NCBI GenBank assembly: GCA_963708025.1
Contig: CAVPSB010000032.1
Coordinates: 32,001-96,000, forward strand
Direction of reading: 5' to 3'
DNA: 64,000 bases
Origin: an uncultured Candidatus Rokubacteria bacterium
GTDB taxonomy: Bacteria; Methylomirabilota; Methylomirabilia; Rokubacteriales; DASRDR01
Made by a program: the position numbers and the translations under genes. The notes beneath the pieces were generated by a model that saw only the letters and a list, made by a program, of their open reading frames with translations, was not told the origin of the DNA and searched no databases. Every line of letters begins with the position of its first letter. Position 1 is the stretch's first letter. This document shows positions 1 to 9,327 of the stretch, piece after piece.

Positions 1-490
1 TCGGCGTGCGGAACGCCGCCCGCCAGAGCCGCTCGGGGACGGTCCCGGCCAGCGCGCCCTCCATCTCGGCCCGCTCCGCCTTGACCCGGGCCAGCGTCTC
101 GGCGTCCAGGTCGACCTGGCCGGGTGGCAGGGTCAGGCGCTGGGTGTCGAAGGCCCGCGGGTGGATCCTCACCGAGCCGGTCCCGACGACGAGGCGCCCG
201 CCCGTGGCCATGAGCCGGGTCAGGCGCCACTTGACGGGTCCCGGCACGACGTCCAGGTCCACGCCGGCCAGGGCGGCGACGCCGTCGCGGACCGGGAAGA
301 AGCGGAGCGGGGCGGCTCCCAGCTCGCCCTCGAGGTCCGGCAGCGCCGCCTTCACGTGGACCAGGACGACGTCGCCGGGACGGGCACGCTCGGGGCTGAA
401 GACCACGGTCGGGCCGGCGGCCGGCTGCAGGACGGCCGGGAGGATCAGGATCGCGAGCGCGGCGAGCCGAGCGGCTGACCGAGATCCCGG
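1..490 (-). CDS. M23 family metallopeptidase, N-terminal part (runs off window; start uncertain)
   Basis: Manual minus-strand translation: signal-like LAALAILILPAV, then PGDVVLVHV..FFP..ALAGVDLD..FDTQRLTLPPGQVDLDAETLARV..ERLWRAAFRTP, typical of the region preceding an M23 catalytic domain. Confidence 0.6.
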
Positions 491-610
491 TACTGGTGAG
501 GAGATTCCGGCGGCTCCTACATGCCGACTGTTGGCTTCTCGCAGCGCGCTGGCTCCCCGCCTCGCGGCCATGGCGTTCCGCTTCGAGCCGCGGCTACGCC
601 GCGGCCTCCG

Positions 611-647
611 CGGGGGGGAATCGGGGGGGTCTTCCGAGACCCCCCCG
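611..647. repeat. G/C-run hairpin repeat (family 2), copy 1
   Basis: Reverse complement GGGGGGTCTCGGAAGACCCCCCCGATTCCCCCCC matches 4418-4454 and 20307-20343. Confidence 0.85.
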
Positions 648-653
648 AGGTTC

Positions 654-1541
654 TCATTCGCGGTCGGGCTGGGGCGGCTGCTGGCGCATGAAGCGCTCGA
701 TCTCGGCGACCAGGTCCTGGGCGCTGGGCAGCTCCCCCGAGGGCTCCTGGAGTGGCTCCTCGGCGACGGCGTGCGCCTCGAGCTTCCGCACGTAATTGGC
801 CACCTTGCGGTTCTGCGCGAGGACCTCCGCGAGCTGGGTGTCGAACTGGGCCCCCGCCTCCTCGAGCTCCTGGACGTCGAGCGGCGCGTCGAGCAGCCGA
901 TTGAGCCCCTGCACCAGCGCGAGCGTGGCGCGGGGGTTCTCGACCGCCGAGATGTAGTGGGGGACGTTGGCCCACAGGCTCGCGGTGGCGACCCCGGCGG
1001 CCCGCGCGGTCGAGGAGAGCACGCCCACGATCCCGGTCGGGCCCTCGTAGCGGGTCGGCCGCACGCCGAGCACCGCGGACAGCTCCGGATCGGTGGCGAA
1101 CCCGGTCAGGCGGATCGGGCGGGTGTGGGGGACCTCGGCGAGGAGCGCGCCCAGGGTGACGATGAGTCCGACCTCGAGCTCCCGGACCATGTCCAGGATC
1201 GTCCGGCAGTAGGTCTTCCACCGGAGGTGGGGCTCGGTGCCGACCCCGATCAGCACGTCCCGCGCGAGCGACTCCCGGATGCAGGCCGAGAACTCGGTGT
1301 CCGGCCAGACGATCTCCCGCTCGGTCGTCCCCGGCTTGAACCGCACCTGGGGCCGGGTGAGCCCGAAGTGATAGAACTCCTCGGAGTCGAGCGTGGCCAG
1401 GGGCTGGCCGTCCCAGGCCTGGCGCAGGAAGCGGGCCGCGTTGGTCGCCGACTCGGCCGCGTCGTTCCACCCGGCGAACGCCATGACGAGGACGGGGCGG
1501 CGCAGCCGGCCGGGCCGGTTCTGGTAGGTGAGGTGGGCCAT
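654..1541 (-). CDS. PAC2 family (proteasome assembly chaperone-like) protein
   Basis: AFAGWNDAAESAT, EPHLRW, LGALLAEVPHTRP, YEGPTGIVG, WANVPHY motifs. Confidence 0.92.
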   Translation of the reverse strand: MAHLTYQNRPGRLRRPVLVMAFAGWNDAAESATNAARFLRQAWDGQPLATLDSEEFYHFGLTRPQVRFKPGTTEREIVWPDTEFSACIRESLARDVLIGVGTEPHLRWKTYCRTILDMVRELEVGLIVTLGALLAEVPHTRPIRLTGFATDPELSAVLGVRPTRYEGPTGIVGVLSSTARAAGVATASLWANVPHYISAVENPRATLALVQGLNRLLDAPLDVQELEEAGAQFDTQLAEVLAQNRKVANYVRKLEAHAVAEEPLQEPSGELPSAQDLVAEIERFMRQQPPQPDRE

Positions 1542-1562
1542 GCGGCCTTTATCCTAGCACGC

Positions 1563-2426
1563 CTACCCGGTCGCGGTCGGATTGTGCGGGTCGTGCTCCC
1601 ACTCGTACCAGGAGCCGGCGAAGTTGCGGGCGCGCGGGTAGCCGAGGAGCCGAGCGCCGAAGAGCCCGATGGCGGCCGACACGCCCGCGTTGCAGTAGGT
1701 GACGACGTCGCGATCCGGGGTCACCCCCGCCTCCTCGAAGAGGCGGCGCAGCTCCCCGTCCGAGCGCCAAATTTTGTGCTCGCCGTCCATGAGTCGGCCG
1801 ACCGGCAGGCTCACCGCGCCCGGGATGCGGCCGACCCGGTCGCCGCGGCCGATCTCGCCGCGGAACTCGGCCGGGCTCCGGCAGTCCACGAGGACCAGCC
1901 CGGGATCGTCGAGGCGACGGCGCACCTCGTCCACCGAGGCCCGCCACCCGGGCTCGACGCGGGCGGTGAAGCGGGCGGGGGCGTGCCGGGGCGGCTCGCC
2001 GGTCACCGGTCGCCCCTCGGCGACCCACTTGGTGAAGCCTCCGTTCAGCACGCGGACGGCGGGGTGGCCGTAGTAGTGGAGCGCCCACCAGAGCCGTGGG
2101 GCCAGGTGGCCGCTGTCGTCGTAGACGACGACGGCGTGCTCGTCCCCGATGCCGAGCCGCCCCATGAGCGCCGCGAAGCGGTCGGCGCCGGCCACCGTCA
2201 TCTTGACCGGCGCCGAGGGATCGACGATGTCCTGGAGCCAGTCCACGAAGACGGCCCCCGGGATGTGGCCCGCCTCGTACGCCTCCCGGCTGGCGGCGTA
2301 CCAGGGCGGGGGCGCGGTCGGCGGCTTGATGGAGCCCCGGATGTCCACGACCCGGAGGCCCGGGTCGCCGAGACGGGCGGCGAGCCAGTCGGTCTCGGCT
2401 AGCATCGAGTCGCGCGGCGTTGTCAT
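1563..2426 (-). CDS. Two-domain sulfurtransferase (rhodanese/SseA family)
   Basis: YEAGHIPGAVFVDW, VLNGG, GRIPGA, active-site YCNAGVSA, C-terminal FAGSWYEW; ATG at 2426. Confidence 0.92.
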   Translation of the reverse strand: MTTPRDSMLAETDWLAARLGDPGLRVVDIRGSIKPPTAPPPWYAASREAYEAGHIPGAVFVDWLQDIVDPSAPVKMTVAGADRFAALMGRLGIGDEHAVVVYDDSGHLAPRLWWALHYYGHPAVRVLNGGFTKWVAEGRPVTGEPPRHAPARFTARVEPGWRASVDEVRRRLDDPGLVLVDCRSPAEFRGEIGRGDRVGRIPGAVSLPVGRLMDGEHKIWRSDGELRRLFEEAGVTPDRDVVTYCNAGVSAAIGLFGARLLGYPRARNFAGSWYEWEHDPHNPTATG

Positions 2427-2528
2427 GCAGTCCTCCCGCCAAATTGTAGCGGGGGTGTCCCCCAGCGTCCAGACTGCGGTATATTCGGAGCCGCCGGCCC
2501 AAACCGCCAACCCCGACAGGAGGCTCGC

Positions 2529-3044
2529 ATGGCCCAGGTGACGTTCAAGGGGACCCCCGTGGCCCTCGCCGGACCCGAGATCAAGCCCAACCAGCAGGCG
2601 CCCGACTTCTCCGTCGTGGACACCGCGCTCCAGCCCGTCCGCCTCAGCGCGGCGCGGGGCAAGGTCGTGATCCTGAGCGCGGTGCCGTCGCTCGACACCC
2701 CGGTCTGTGACATGGAGACGCGGCGCTTCAACGAGGAAGCCACCAAGCTGGGCGCCGACGTCGAGGTGTGGACGATCAGCATGGACCTGCCGTTCGCCCA
2801 GAAGCGCTGGTGCGGGGCGGCCGGCATCACGCGGGTCAAGACGCTGTCCGACTTCCGTGACAAGAGCTTCGGCCAAGCCTACGGCACCCTCATCAAGGAC
2901 GGACCGCTGGCCGGGCTGGAGGCGCGCGCGGTCTTCGTCGTCGGCAAGGACGGCCAGGTCAGCCACGTCGAGTACGTCAAGGAAGTGACCACCGAGCCGA
3001 ACTACGAGGCGGCGCTGAGCGCGGCGAAGGCCGCCGCCCGGTAG
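2529..3044 (+). CDS. tpx: Thiol peroxidase (atypical 2-Cys peroxiredoxin)
   Basis: PSLDTPVC, SMDLPFAQKRWCG, EPNY motifs. Confidence 0.95.
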   Translation: MAQVTFKGTPVALAGPEIKPNQQAPDFSVVDTALQPVRLSAARGKVVILSAVPSLDTPVCDMETRRFNEEATKLGADVEVWTISMDLPFAQKRWCGAAGITRVKTLSDFRDKSFGQAYGTLIKDGPLAGLEARAVFVVGKDGQVSHVEYVKEVTTEPNYEAALSAAKAAAR

Positions 3045-3087
3045 CGCCGGCGCTGGCCGGCGGCAACCCCTCACACAGGAGGAGGCC

Positions 3088-4404
3088 ATGCGCACGATGA
3101 CGCGCTGGATCGCGTTCGGGCTCTGCGCCGGATGGCTCGCCCTGGCCCCGGCGGCTGACGCCGCCCAGCTCACGTGGTGGAGCCACTGGGCCGTGGAGGA
3201 CAGCAAGAAAGCGGTGCTGTTCGAGGCCAAGCGGCGGTTCGAGGCCAAGCACCCCGGCAATACGGTCGAGATCACCTTCTACGAGAAGAAGAACATGTGG
3301 CCGGCGCTCCGGGCCGCCTTCACCGCCGGCTCCGGCTTCCCGGACGTCTTCTACTACGACCAGGACGTGCCGGAGTTCGTGACCGCCGGCTGGCTGGCCG
3401 ACCTGACGAGCGGCATCCGGTGGGAGAACATCGAGCCCTACGGCAAGGCGTTCTGGACCCGTCCCGGGGCAGGCGGCCCAACAGCGAAGGTCGGCGTCTG
3501 GGCCATCCCCGTCGAGGCCGCCTCGGACGAGATCTACTTCAACAAGAAGCTCTTCAAGGAGCTCGGCATCACGGTGCCCGCGAGCTTCGCGTTCACGCAG
3601 GACCAGTTCAAGGACGTGGTCGCGAAGTGCGCCAAGGCCGGCCTGGCTGCCTTCGCCACCGGCGCCGCCGACCGGGAGTGGGCGGCGATGTACATCCCCG
3701 ACGCCCTGCTGCTCTCCAAGCTGGGCTACGCCGACACCAAGAAGCTCTTCGCCGGCGAGATCTCCTGGAAGGACCCGCGGGTCGCCGACGTCTTCCGCTA
3801 CTACAAGGAGCTGGTCGACCTCGGCGCCTACGCGAAGACGCTGACCAGCATGACGCTGGCCGAGGCCCACCGGTACTTCCACACCGAGCAGAAGGCGTGC
3901 ATGTTCCCGGTCGGCTCCTGGTACACGGGCCGGGCCTTCGTGCCGCCGGACAAGGGCGGCCAGCCCAAGGACTTCGAGCTGGGGCTGCTGAACAACCCGC
4001 TCATGAAGGACGGCAAGGGGCACGGCGAGAAGTTCCTCGGTGTCGCCGGCTCCCTGGCGGTGGCGGCCAAGAGCAACCACCTGCCGCTGGCCATCGAGGT
4101 GGCCAATGCCTTCGCCGACGTCGAGATCGGGAACATGTGGATGGCCCGGACCGGCATCCAGACGGGGATCAAGACGGACCCCGCCCGGATCGACAGCCCG
4201 ATCAAGTGGTACTTCGACGAGTTCGCGAAGGTCAACAAGACCACCAAGTGGGTGGACCTGACGGCCCAGGCGGTCAAGGCGATCATGAAGCCGGGGCTGT
4301 GGGAGACGTACGTCGCCACGGTGAACCAGGGGCTGCCCAACCGGCTGATCGGGGCCGACGAAGCCATGGCCAAGCTCGAGGAGGCGCGCCTCAAGGGGAA
4401 GTGA
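3088..4404 (+). CDS. Carbohydrate-type ABC transporter substrate-binding protein
   Basis: Signal peptide, strong RBS (GGAGGAGG), SBP_bac_1-like PDVFYY..LADLT, IYFNKKLF; followed by two permeases. Confidence 0.88.
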   Translation: MRTMTRWIAFGLCAGWLALAPAADAAQLTWWSHWAVEDSKKAVLFEAKRRFEAKHPGNTVEITFYEKKNMWPALRAAFTAGSGFPDVFYYDQDVPEFVTAGWLADLTSGIRWENIEPYGKAFWTRPGAGGPTAKVGVWAIPVEAASDEIYFNKKLFKELGITVPASFAFTQDQFKDVVAKCAKAGLAAFATGAADREWAAMYIPDALLLSKLGYADTKKLFAGEISWKDPRVADVFRYYKELVDLGAYAKTLTSMTLAEAHRYFHTEQKACMFPVGSWYTGRAFVPPDKGGQPKDFELGLLNNPLMKDGKGHGEKFLGVAGSLAVAAKSNHLPLAIEVANAFADVEIGNMWMARTGIQTGIKTDPARIDSPIKWYFDEFAKVNKTTKWVDLTAQAVKAIMKPGLWETYVATVNQGLPNRLIGADEAMAKLEEARLKGK

Positions 4405-4417
4405 TGTAGGTTCCTTC

Positions 4418-4454
4418 GAGGGGGTCTGGGAAGACCCCCCCGATTCCCCCCCGC
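4418..4454. repeat. G/C-run hairpin repeat (family 2), copy 2
   Basis: GGGGGTCTGGGAAGACCCCCCCGATTCCCCCCC just after the SBP stop. Confidence 0.85.
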
Positions 4455-4569
4455 CGTGGCGGCCGCTGTTGGACGGCCTTCGGCCTTTGGGCCGCCGCTC
4501 GGAGGTTCTGCGTGGCTCACGTCGCACGGCCGGCGACACGACATACTCGGACAGACTCGTAGCCCCGTC

Positions 4570-5522
4570 TTGGAAAAGGTCGAGGCGCTCCCCCACGTCC
4601 TGCCCCGGGTCGCCACCCGGCGGCCCGGGCCGAGACGCCCGTGGGGCGCCATCGCCGTCTTCATCGGCCCCACCCTCGCGCTCTACCTCGCCTTCACGAT
4701 CTACCCGATCCTCGTCACCTTCTACAACAGCCTCCACACCCTCCGCATGGACCTCGGCATGCAATACGAGTGGGTCGGGCTCGCCCACTTCCGCGAGATC
4801 CTGACCGAGGACGAGGTCTTCTGGAAGGCGGCGGGCAACTCGCTCACCTGGGGCCTGGTGGCGCCGCTGATCGACATCCCGCTGGCCCTGCTCCTCGCGC
4901 TGGCGCTGGCCGGCCGGGTGCCGCTCGCCGCGGTTCTTCCGCACGGTGTGGTTCACCCCGGTCCTCATGTCCTACCCGGTGGTGGGCGTGATCTGGCTCT
5001 GGGTCTACAACTACGACTGGGGGATGGCCAACCTGCTCTTGCGATCCGTCGGCCTGGGCCAGTACGCCCAGGCCTGGCTGGCCAGCCCGGCCACCGCGCT
5101 GCCCGCCCTGATCCTGGTCACCACGTGGATGTTCGCCGGCTTCAACATGGTGGTCCTGCTGGCGGCGATCCACGCCATCCCCGGCGAGTACCTGGACGCC
5201 GCCCGGGTGGACGGCGCCGGCAGCGTCCGCCGCACGCTCCACATCGTCGTCCCGCTGGTGCGGCCGACCCTGGTCAACCTGGCGATCCTCGACTTCATCG
5301 GCAAGATGAAGCAGTTCGCGCTGGTCTGGGTCATGACCCGCGGGCGGCCCGATGTGGGGCACGGAGACGGTCGCGACCTACGTCATCAAGCGGGCCTTCG
5401 AGTGGAAGACGCTCGACCTCGGCTACCCCTCGGCGATCGCGGTCCTGTGGTTCGTCATCATCTTCGGGCTGTCCTACGGCCTGACGCGCGTGCTGCAGCG
5501 GCGGGAGACGCTCCAGTTTTGA
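4570..5522 (+). CDS. Sugar ABC permease (MalF-like), two apparent frameshifts near 4925 and 5345
   Basis: FIGP..YP..WVGLAHF in one frame, EAA-like EYLDAARVDGA in a second, WGTETVATYV..GYPSAIA in a third, ending TGA at 5522. Confidence 0.85.
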
Positions 5523-6346
5523 GCGCGGTCAAGCGGCTCGCGCTCCTGGTGCCCCTCCTGGCCTACACGGCGTTCTCGGCCGGCCCGTACCTCTGGACCG
5601 CGATGATGTCGCTCCGGACGACCGACGAGATCTACCGCAGCCACTACGGCCTGCCCATCCCGCCCCACTGGGACAAGTACCACGCCGCCTGGACCCAGTT
5701 CGGCTACGCCACCTACTTCCGGAACAGCGCCATCGTGACGGTGGCGTCGGTCGTCCTGGTGACCCTGTTCGGCGCGATGGCGGGGTTCGCCTTCGGGCGG
5801 CGGCGCTACGCCTTCCCGCTCCGCGAGCCCTTGTTCCTGCTCATCTTCCTGTCGGTCATGTTCCCGCCCCAGATCATGCTGCTGGCCCTCTTCCAGATCC
5901 TGGTGCAGTACAAGCTGTTCAACTCGCTGACCGGGCTGGTCCTGGTCTACGTGACGACCGAGCTGCCGCTCACCATCTACCTGCTGCGGGCCTTCTTCGC
6001 CCAGATCCCCCAGGAGCTGGAGGAGGCGGCCCGGATCGACGGCTGCGGCGACTGGGCGATGTTCTGGCGGGTGATGTTCCCGATGGCGCTGCCGGCGGTC
6101 GCCACCACCGTGATCCTGAACTTCATCTACTTCTGGAACGAGTTCCTCTACGCGGTCGTGTTCATCACCCGGCAGCAGATCCGGACGCTCCCCCTGGCGA
6201 TCCAGTTCCTGGTCAGCGACCAGTACTTCGACATCGGCATGCTGGCGACCGGCCTCATGATCGCCACTCTCCCGGTGCTGGTCCTCTACCTGTTCCTCTC
6301 CGAGTGGTTCGTCAAGGGGATGACCGCCGGCGCCATCAAGGGGTGA
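5519..6346 (+). CDS. Sugar ABC permease (MalG-like)
   Basis: [19 protein letters not shown]-terminal [12 protein letters not shown] start overlaps upstream stop. Confidence 0.92.
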   Translation: MSAVKRLALLVPLLAYTAFSAGPYLWTAMMSLRTTDEIYRSHYGLPIPPHWDKYHAAWTQFGYATYFRNSAIVTVASVVLVTLFGAMAGFAFGRRRYAFPLREPLFLLIFLSVMFPPQIMLLALFQILVQYKLFNSLTGLVLVYVTTELPLTIYLLRAFFAQIPQELEEAARIDGCGDWAMFWRVMFPMALPAVATTVILNFIYFWNEFLYAVVFITRQQIRTLPLAIQFLVSDQYFDIGMLATGLMIATLPVLVLYLFLSEWFVKGMTAGAIKG

Positions 6347-6367
6347 TCGATCGTCCGTCCGGTGCGA

Positions 6368-7062
6368 TCAGCTCCGATCGGCTTCGAACCGGTAGCCCTG
6401 GCCGTGGACGGTGAGGATGTGCGCGCGGGCGCTCCGGGTCGAGCTCGAGCTTCTGGCGAAGCCTCGAGCACGTGGGTGTCCACCGTCCGCGTCGTGGGAA
6501 AGCGCTCGTACCCCCACACCTCGTCCAGCAGCCGGTCGCGGGTGACGACCTCGCCCCGGTGCTCCACGAAGTATCTGGAGGAGGTCGAACTCCTTCCGCG
6601 TCATCGCGTACCTCGCTGCCCCCGCTCTTGAAGACCTGGCGGCCCCGGAGGTGCAGGCGGACGTCGCCGAAGGCGTAGGTCGTGAGGCGCTGGCGCGGCC
6701 CCGGGCCGTCCGGAGGACGGCCCGCACGCGGGCCAGCAGCTCCGGAGCGAGAACGGCTTGGTCACGTAGTCGTCGGCGCCCAGCTCCAGCCCCAGCACCC
6801 GGTCGACCTCCTCGCCCCGCGCCGTCAGCATGATGACCGGGATGTCGAGCTGCTTGTCGCGCAGGGCCCGGAGCACGTCCCAGCCGCTCATCCGGGGCAT
6901 CATGATGTCCAGGAGCACGAGGTCCGGCCCCTCCCGGAGGGCCAGCGCCAGCCCGGCGGCGCCGTCGGTGGCCGAGAGCGTCTGGTAGCCCTCGAAGCGG
7001 AAGTTGTCCTCCAGCCCCCGCACCATCTCCGGCTCGTCGTCGATGACCAGGATGCGCGCCAC
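6368..7062 (-). CDS. OmpR/PhoB-family response regulator (several frameshifts)
   Basis: [32 protein letters not shown]; wHTH pieces [17 protein letters not shown] and [12 protein letters not shown] in other frames. Confidence 0.88.
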
Positions 7063-7072
7063 GACGGGAAGG

Positions 7073-8592
7073 TCAGGTCCGCGGCCCGGCGACGGGCAGC
7101 CAGAGGGTGAACCGGCTGCCCGGCGCCCGGCCGGCTGTCCACCGTCACCTGCCCGCCGTGGGCCTCGGCCACGTGGCGGACGAGAGCCAGGCCGACCCCG
7201 CTGCCGCGCCGGCCCTGGGTGTCGCTCCGTCCCGCGCGGTAGAACTTCTCGAAGATGCGCGCCTGCTCCTCGCGCGGGATGCCGATCCCCTCGTCCTCCA
7301 CCGACAGGGCGAGCCGGCCGTCCCGGACCTCCGCGCCCAGCCGCAGGGTCTTCCGCTCGCCCGAGTACTTCATCGCGTTGTCGATGAGGTTGGCGAGCGC
7401 CTGGCCGACGGCGTCGGCGTCCATCACCACCTCGGGCAGGTCCGGCGCCACCCGCGCCTCGACCCGGAAGCCCGCCTGGCCCAGCGGGTACTCGAACGCC
7501 TCCAGCGCCTCGCGGACCAGCGGCTCGACGGGCGTGGGCACCAGGTCGTATCGCCGGCGCCCGCCCTCGATCCGGGAGAAGTCGAGCACGTTGTCGATCA
7601 GCCGGGACAGCCGCTCGCTCTCCCGCGTGATCACGCGGTAGTACTCCTGGCGCTGCGGCCTCGTCACGGACTCGCCCCAGCTCGAGCGTCTCGCCGAACA
7701 TCCGGATCAGCGAGAGCGGCGTCTTGAGGTCGTGTGAGACGTTGGCCACGAAGTCGGCCTTGAGCCGCGCGATCTCGGTCTCCCGCCGGACCAGGCGGTA
7801 GGTGGCGACGACGCCCGCCACGATCACGGCCAGCAGCAGGCAGAGCGCGCCGGTGAAGGTCGTGATCTGGCGGCGCAGGGCCTCCCGGGGCGAGGCCCCC
7901 GGCGCCCGGTAGAGCGCCAGGCGCCACGACGGGAGCGCCTGGCCGAAGCTCACCGTGACCAGGCGATCGGCTTCGGCCGGCGTCGCCGACCGATAGACCG
8001 GCTGCCCGCGCTGGTCGAGCACGGAGACGACCGCCGTCCGCTCCAGCGGGCCGAGCGCCGGGTCCAGGACGTCGCGCCGGAGCACCTCGGGGTTCCGGGT
8101 GAAGGCCGCGAGCAGCGAAGCGCCAGCGGCCGTCTTGACGAGGGCGGCGACGAGAACCCGGTCGCCGCCGATGACCTGACGGCGGCCGGGACGATCCCCG
8201 ACGCCGTCGCGGACCCTCGCCAGCGCTCCGGCCACGACCGGCGCGGCGTCCGGCGTCCCGCTCGCGGGGAAGAGGAGCCGGCCCCGCAGGTCGGCCAGGT
8301 ACAGGTCCTGGATCAGCGGCGTGCTGGCCCGGAAGGCCTCGAGCCGGTCCGGCACGAAGTCGGCCGCGCCGACGACCTCGGCCAGCCGACCCAGGATCCC
8401 CTCCTCCAGCTGCTGGAGTCCCATCTCGATCGTCTCCGCCGCCATGCTCGCCATGTACCGGGTCTGCTCGCTGAAGAGCTGCTCGGCCGACGCCTCCCAC
8501 TGCCGGAGGGAGACGTAGCCGAGGACCCCCAGGATGGCGGCCGCGACGACGATCGCCAGGAGCGAGCCGACGATGAACGCCCGCCCCGTCAC
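7073..8592 (-). CDS. Membrane sensor histidine kinase (frameshifts near 7670 and 7115)
   Basis: Two TM segments, H-box NVSHDLKTPL, N-box NLIDNAMKY, DEGIGI, GSGVGL, GSRFTLWLP. Confidence 0.9.
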
Positions 8593-8598
8593 CGGCCC

Positions 8599-9150
8599 TC
8601 ATCCCCCGACCGGCTCGGCCAGGAGCTTCGCCAGCAGGGCTTCCGTCTCCTCGTAGGCGCCCTCCCCGATGTGCGCGTAGCGGACGATCCCCCGGCGATC
8701 GACGACGATCCGGGTCGGCCACGCCCAGACGCCGAAGCGCTTCCAGATCGCGGTGTCGTTGTCCTGGACGACCGGGTAGCGGATGTCGAGCCGCCGGACG
8801 GCCTCGACCACCTTGTCGTGGGGCTTCTCCCAGAGGAACTCCGGAGTGTGCACCCCGACGATCGTCAGGCCCTCGGCCTCGTACTTCCGGTGCCAGACCC
8901 GCAACTGCGGGATCACATTCTGGCAGTTGATTCAGCCGAAGGTCCAGAACTCGACGACCACCACCCGGCCGCGAAGGGTCCCGAGGGACAGGGGGGAGCT
9001 GTTGATCCAGGGCCTGCCGGTCAGCTCGGGCGCCGGCTGGCCCACCCGCGCCACGCGCTGGCCGAGCGCGCCCGGCGCCCCGGCGAGCGCCAGCGCCCCT
9101 GCCGTGGACAGCACGAGTAGCCCCCGCAGCGCTCCCGTCCGGATGCTCAT
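8599..9150 (-). CDS. DipZ/TlpA-like redoxin, probable selenoprotein (UxxC; in-frame UGA at 8932-8934)
   Basis: ORFs 8932-9150 and 8599-8916 are in the same frame; readthrough gives EFWTFG-U-INCQNVIP, matching the FWTxxCINC motif; GVHTPEF, WPT, GEGAY downstream. Confidence 0.88.
8892..8925 (-). promoter_or_regulatory. Putative bacterial SECIS hairpin
   Basis: After UGA: AUCAAC UGCCAGA AUGUGAU CCCGC AGUU GCGGG UCUGGCA; lower stem UGCCAGA/UCUGGCA, apical CCCGC/GCGGG with G-containing loop 25 nt from UGA. Confidence 0.72.
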
Positions 9151-9327
9151 CGGCGCCTCCTCGGGGACGCGCCCGACTGGCCGCCCCGCCCCCTCAGTAT
9201 GGAACGGAGAAGACGGCCGGATGTCACAACGCTGTCAGATCGGGATGGGGGACGTCCCGACCCCCCTCCCCCACCCGTCGGGGGGAGGGGGTCGGAGCGG
9301 CCTCAGCGGCCGACGACCAGGACCGGT

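Noticed and set aside
6601-8592. Hybrid kinase-receiver fusion of 663 aa
   Set aside because: The HATPase domain is in another frame; separate kinase and regulator are joined by indels
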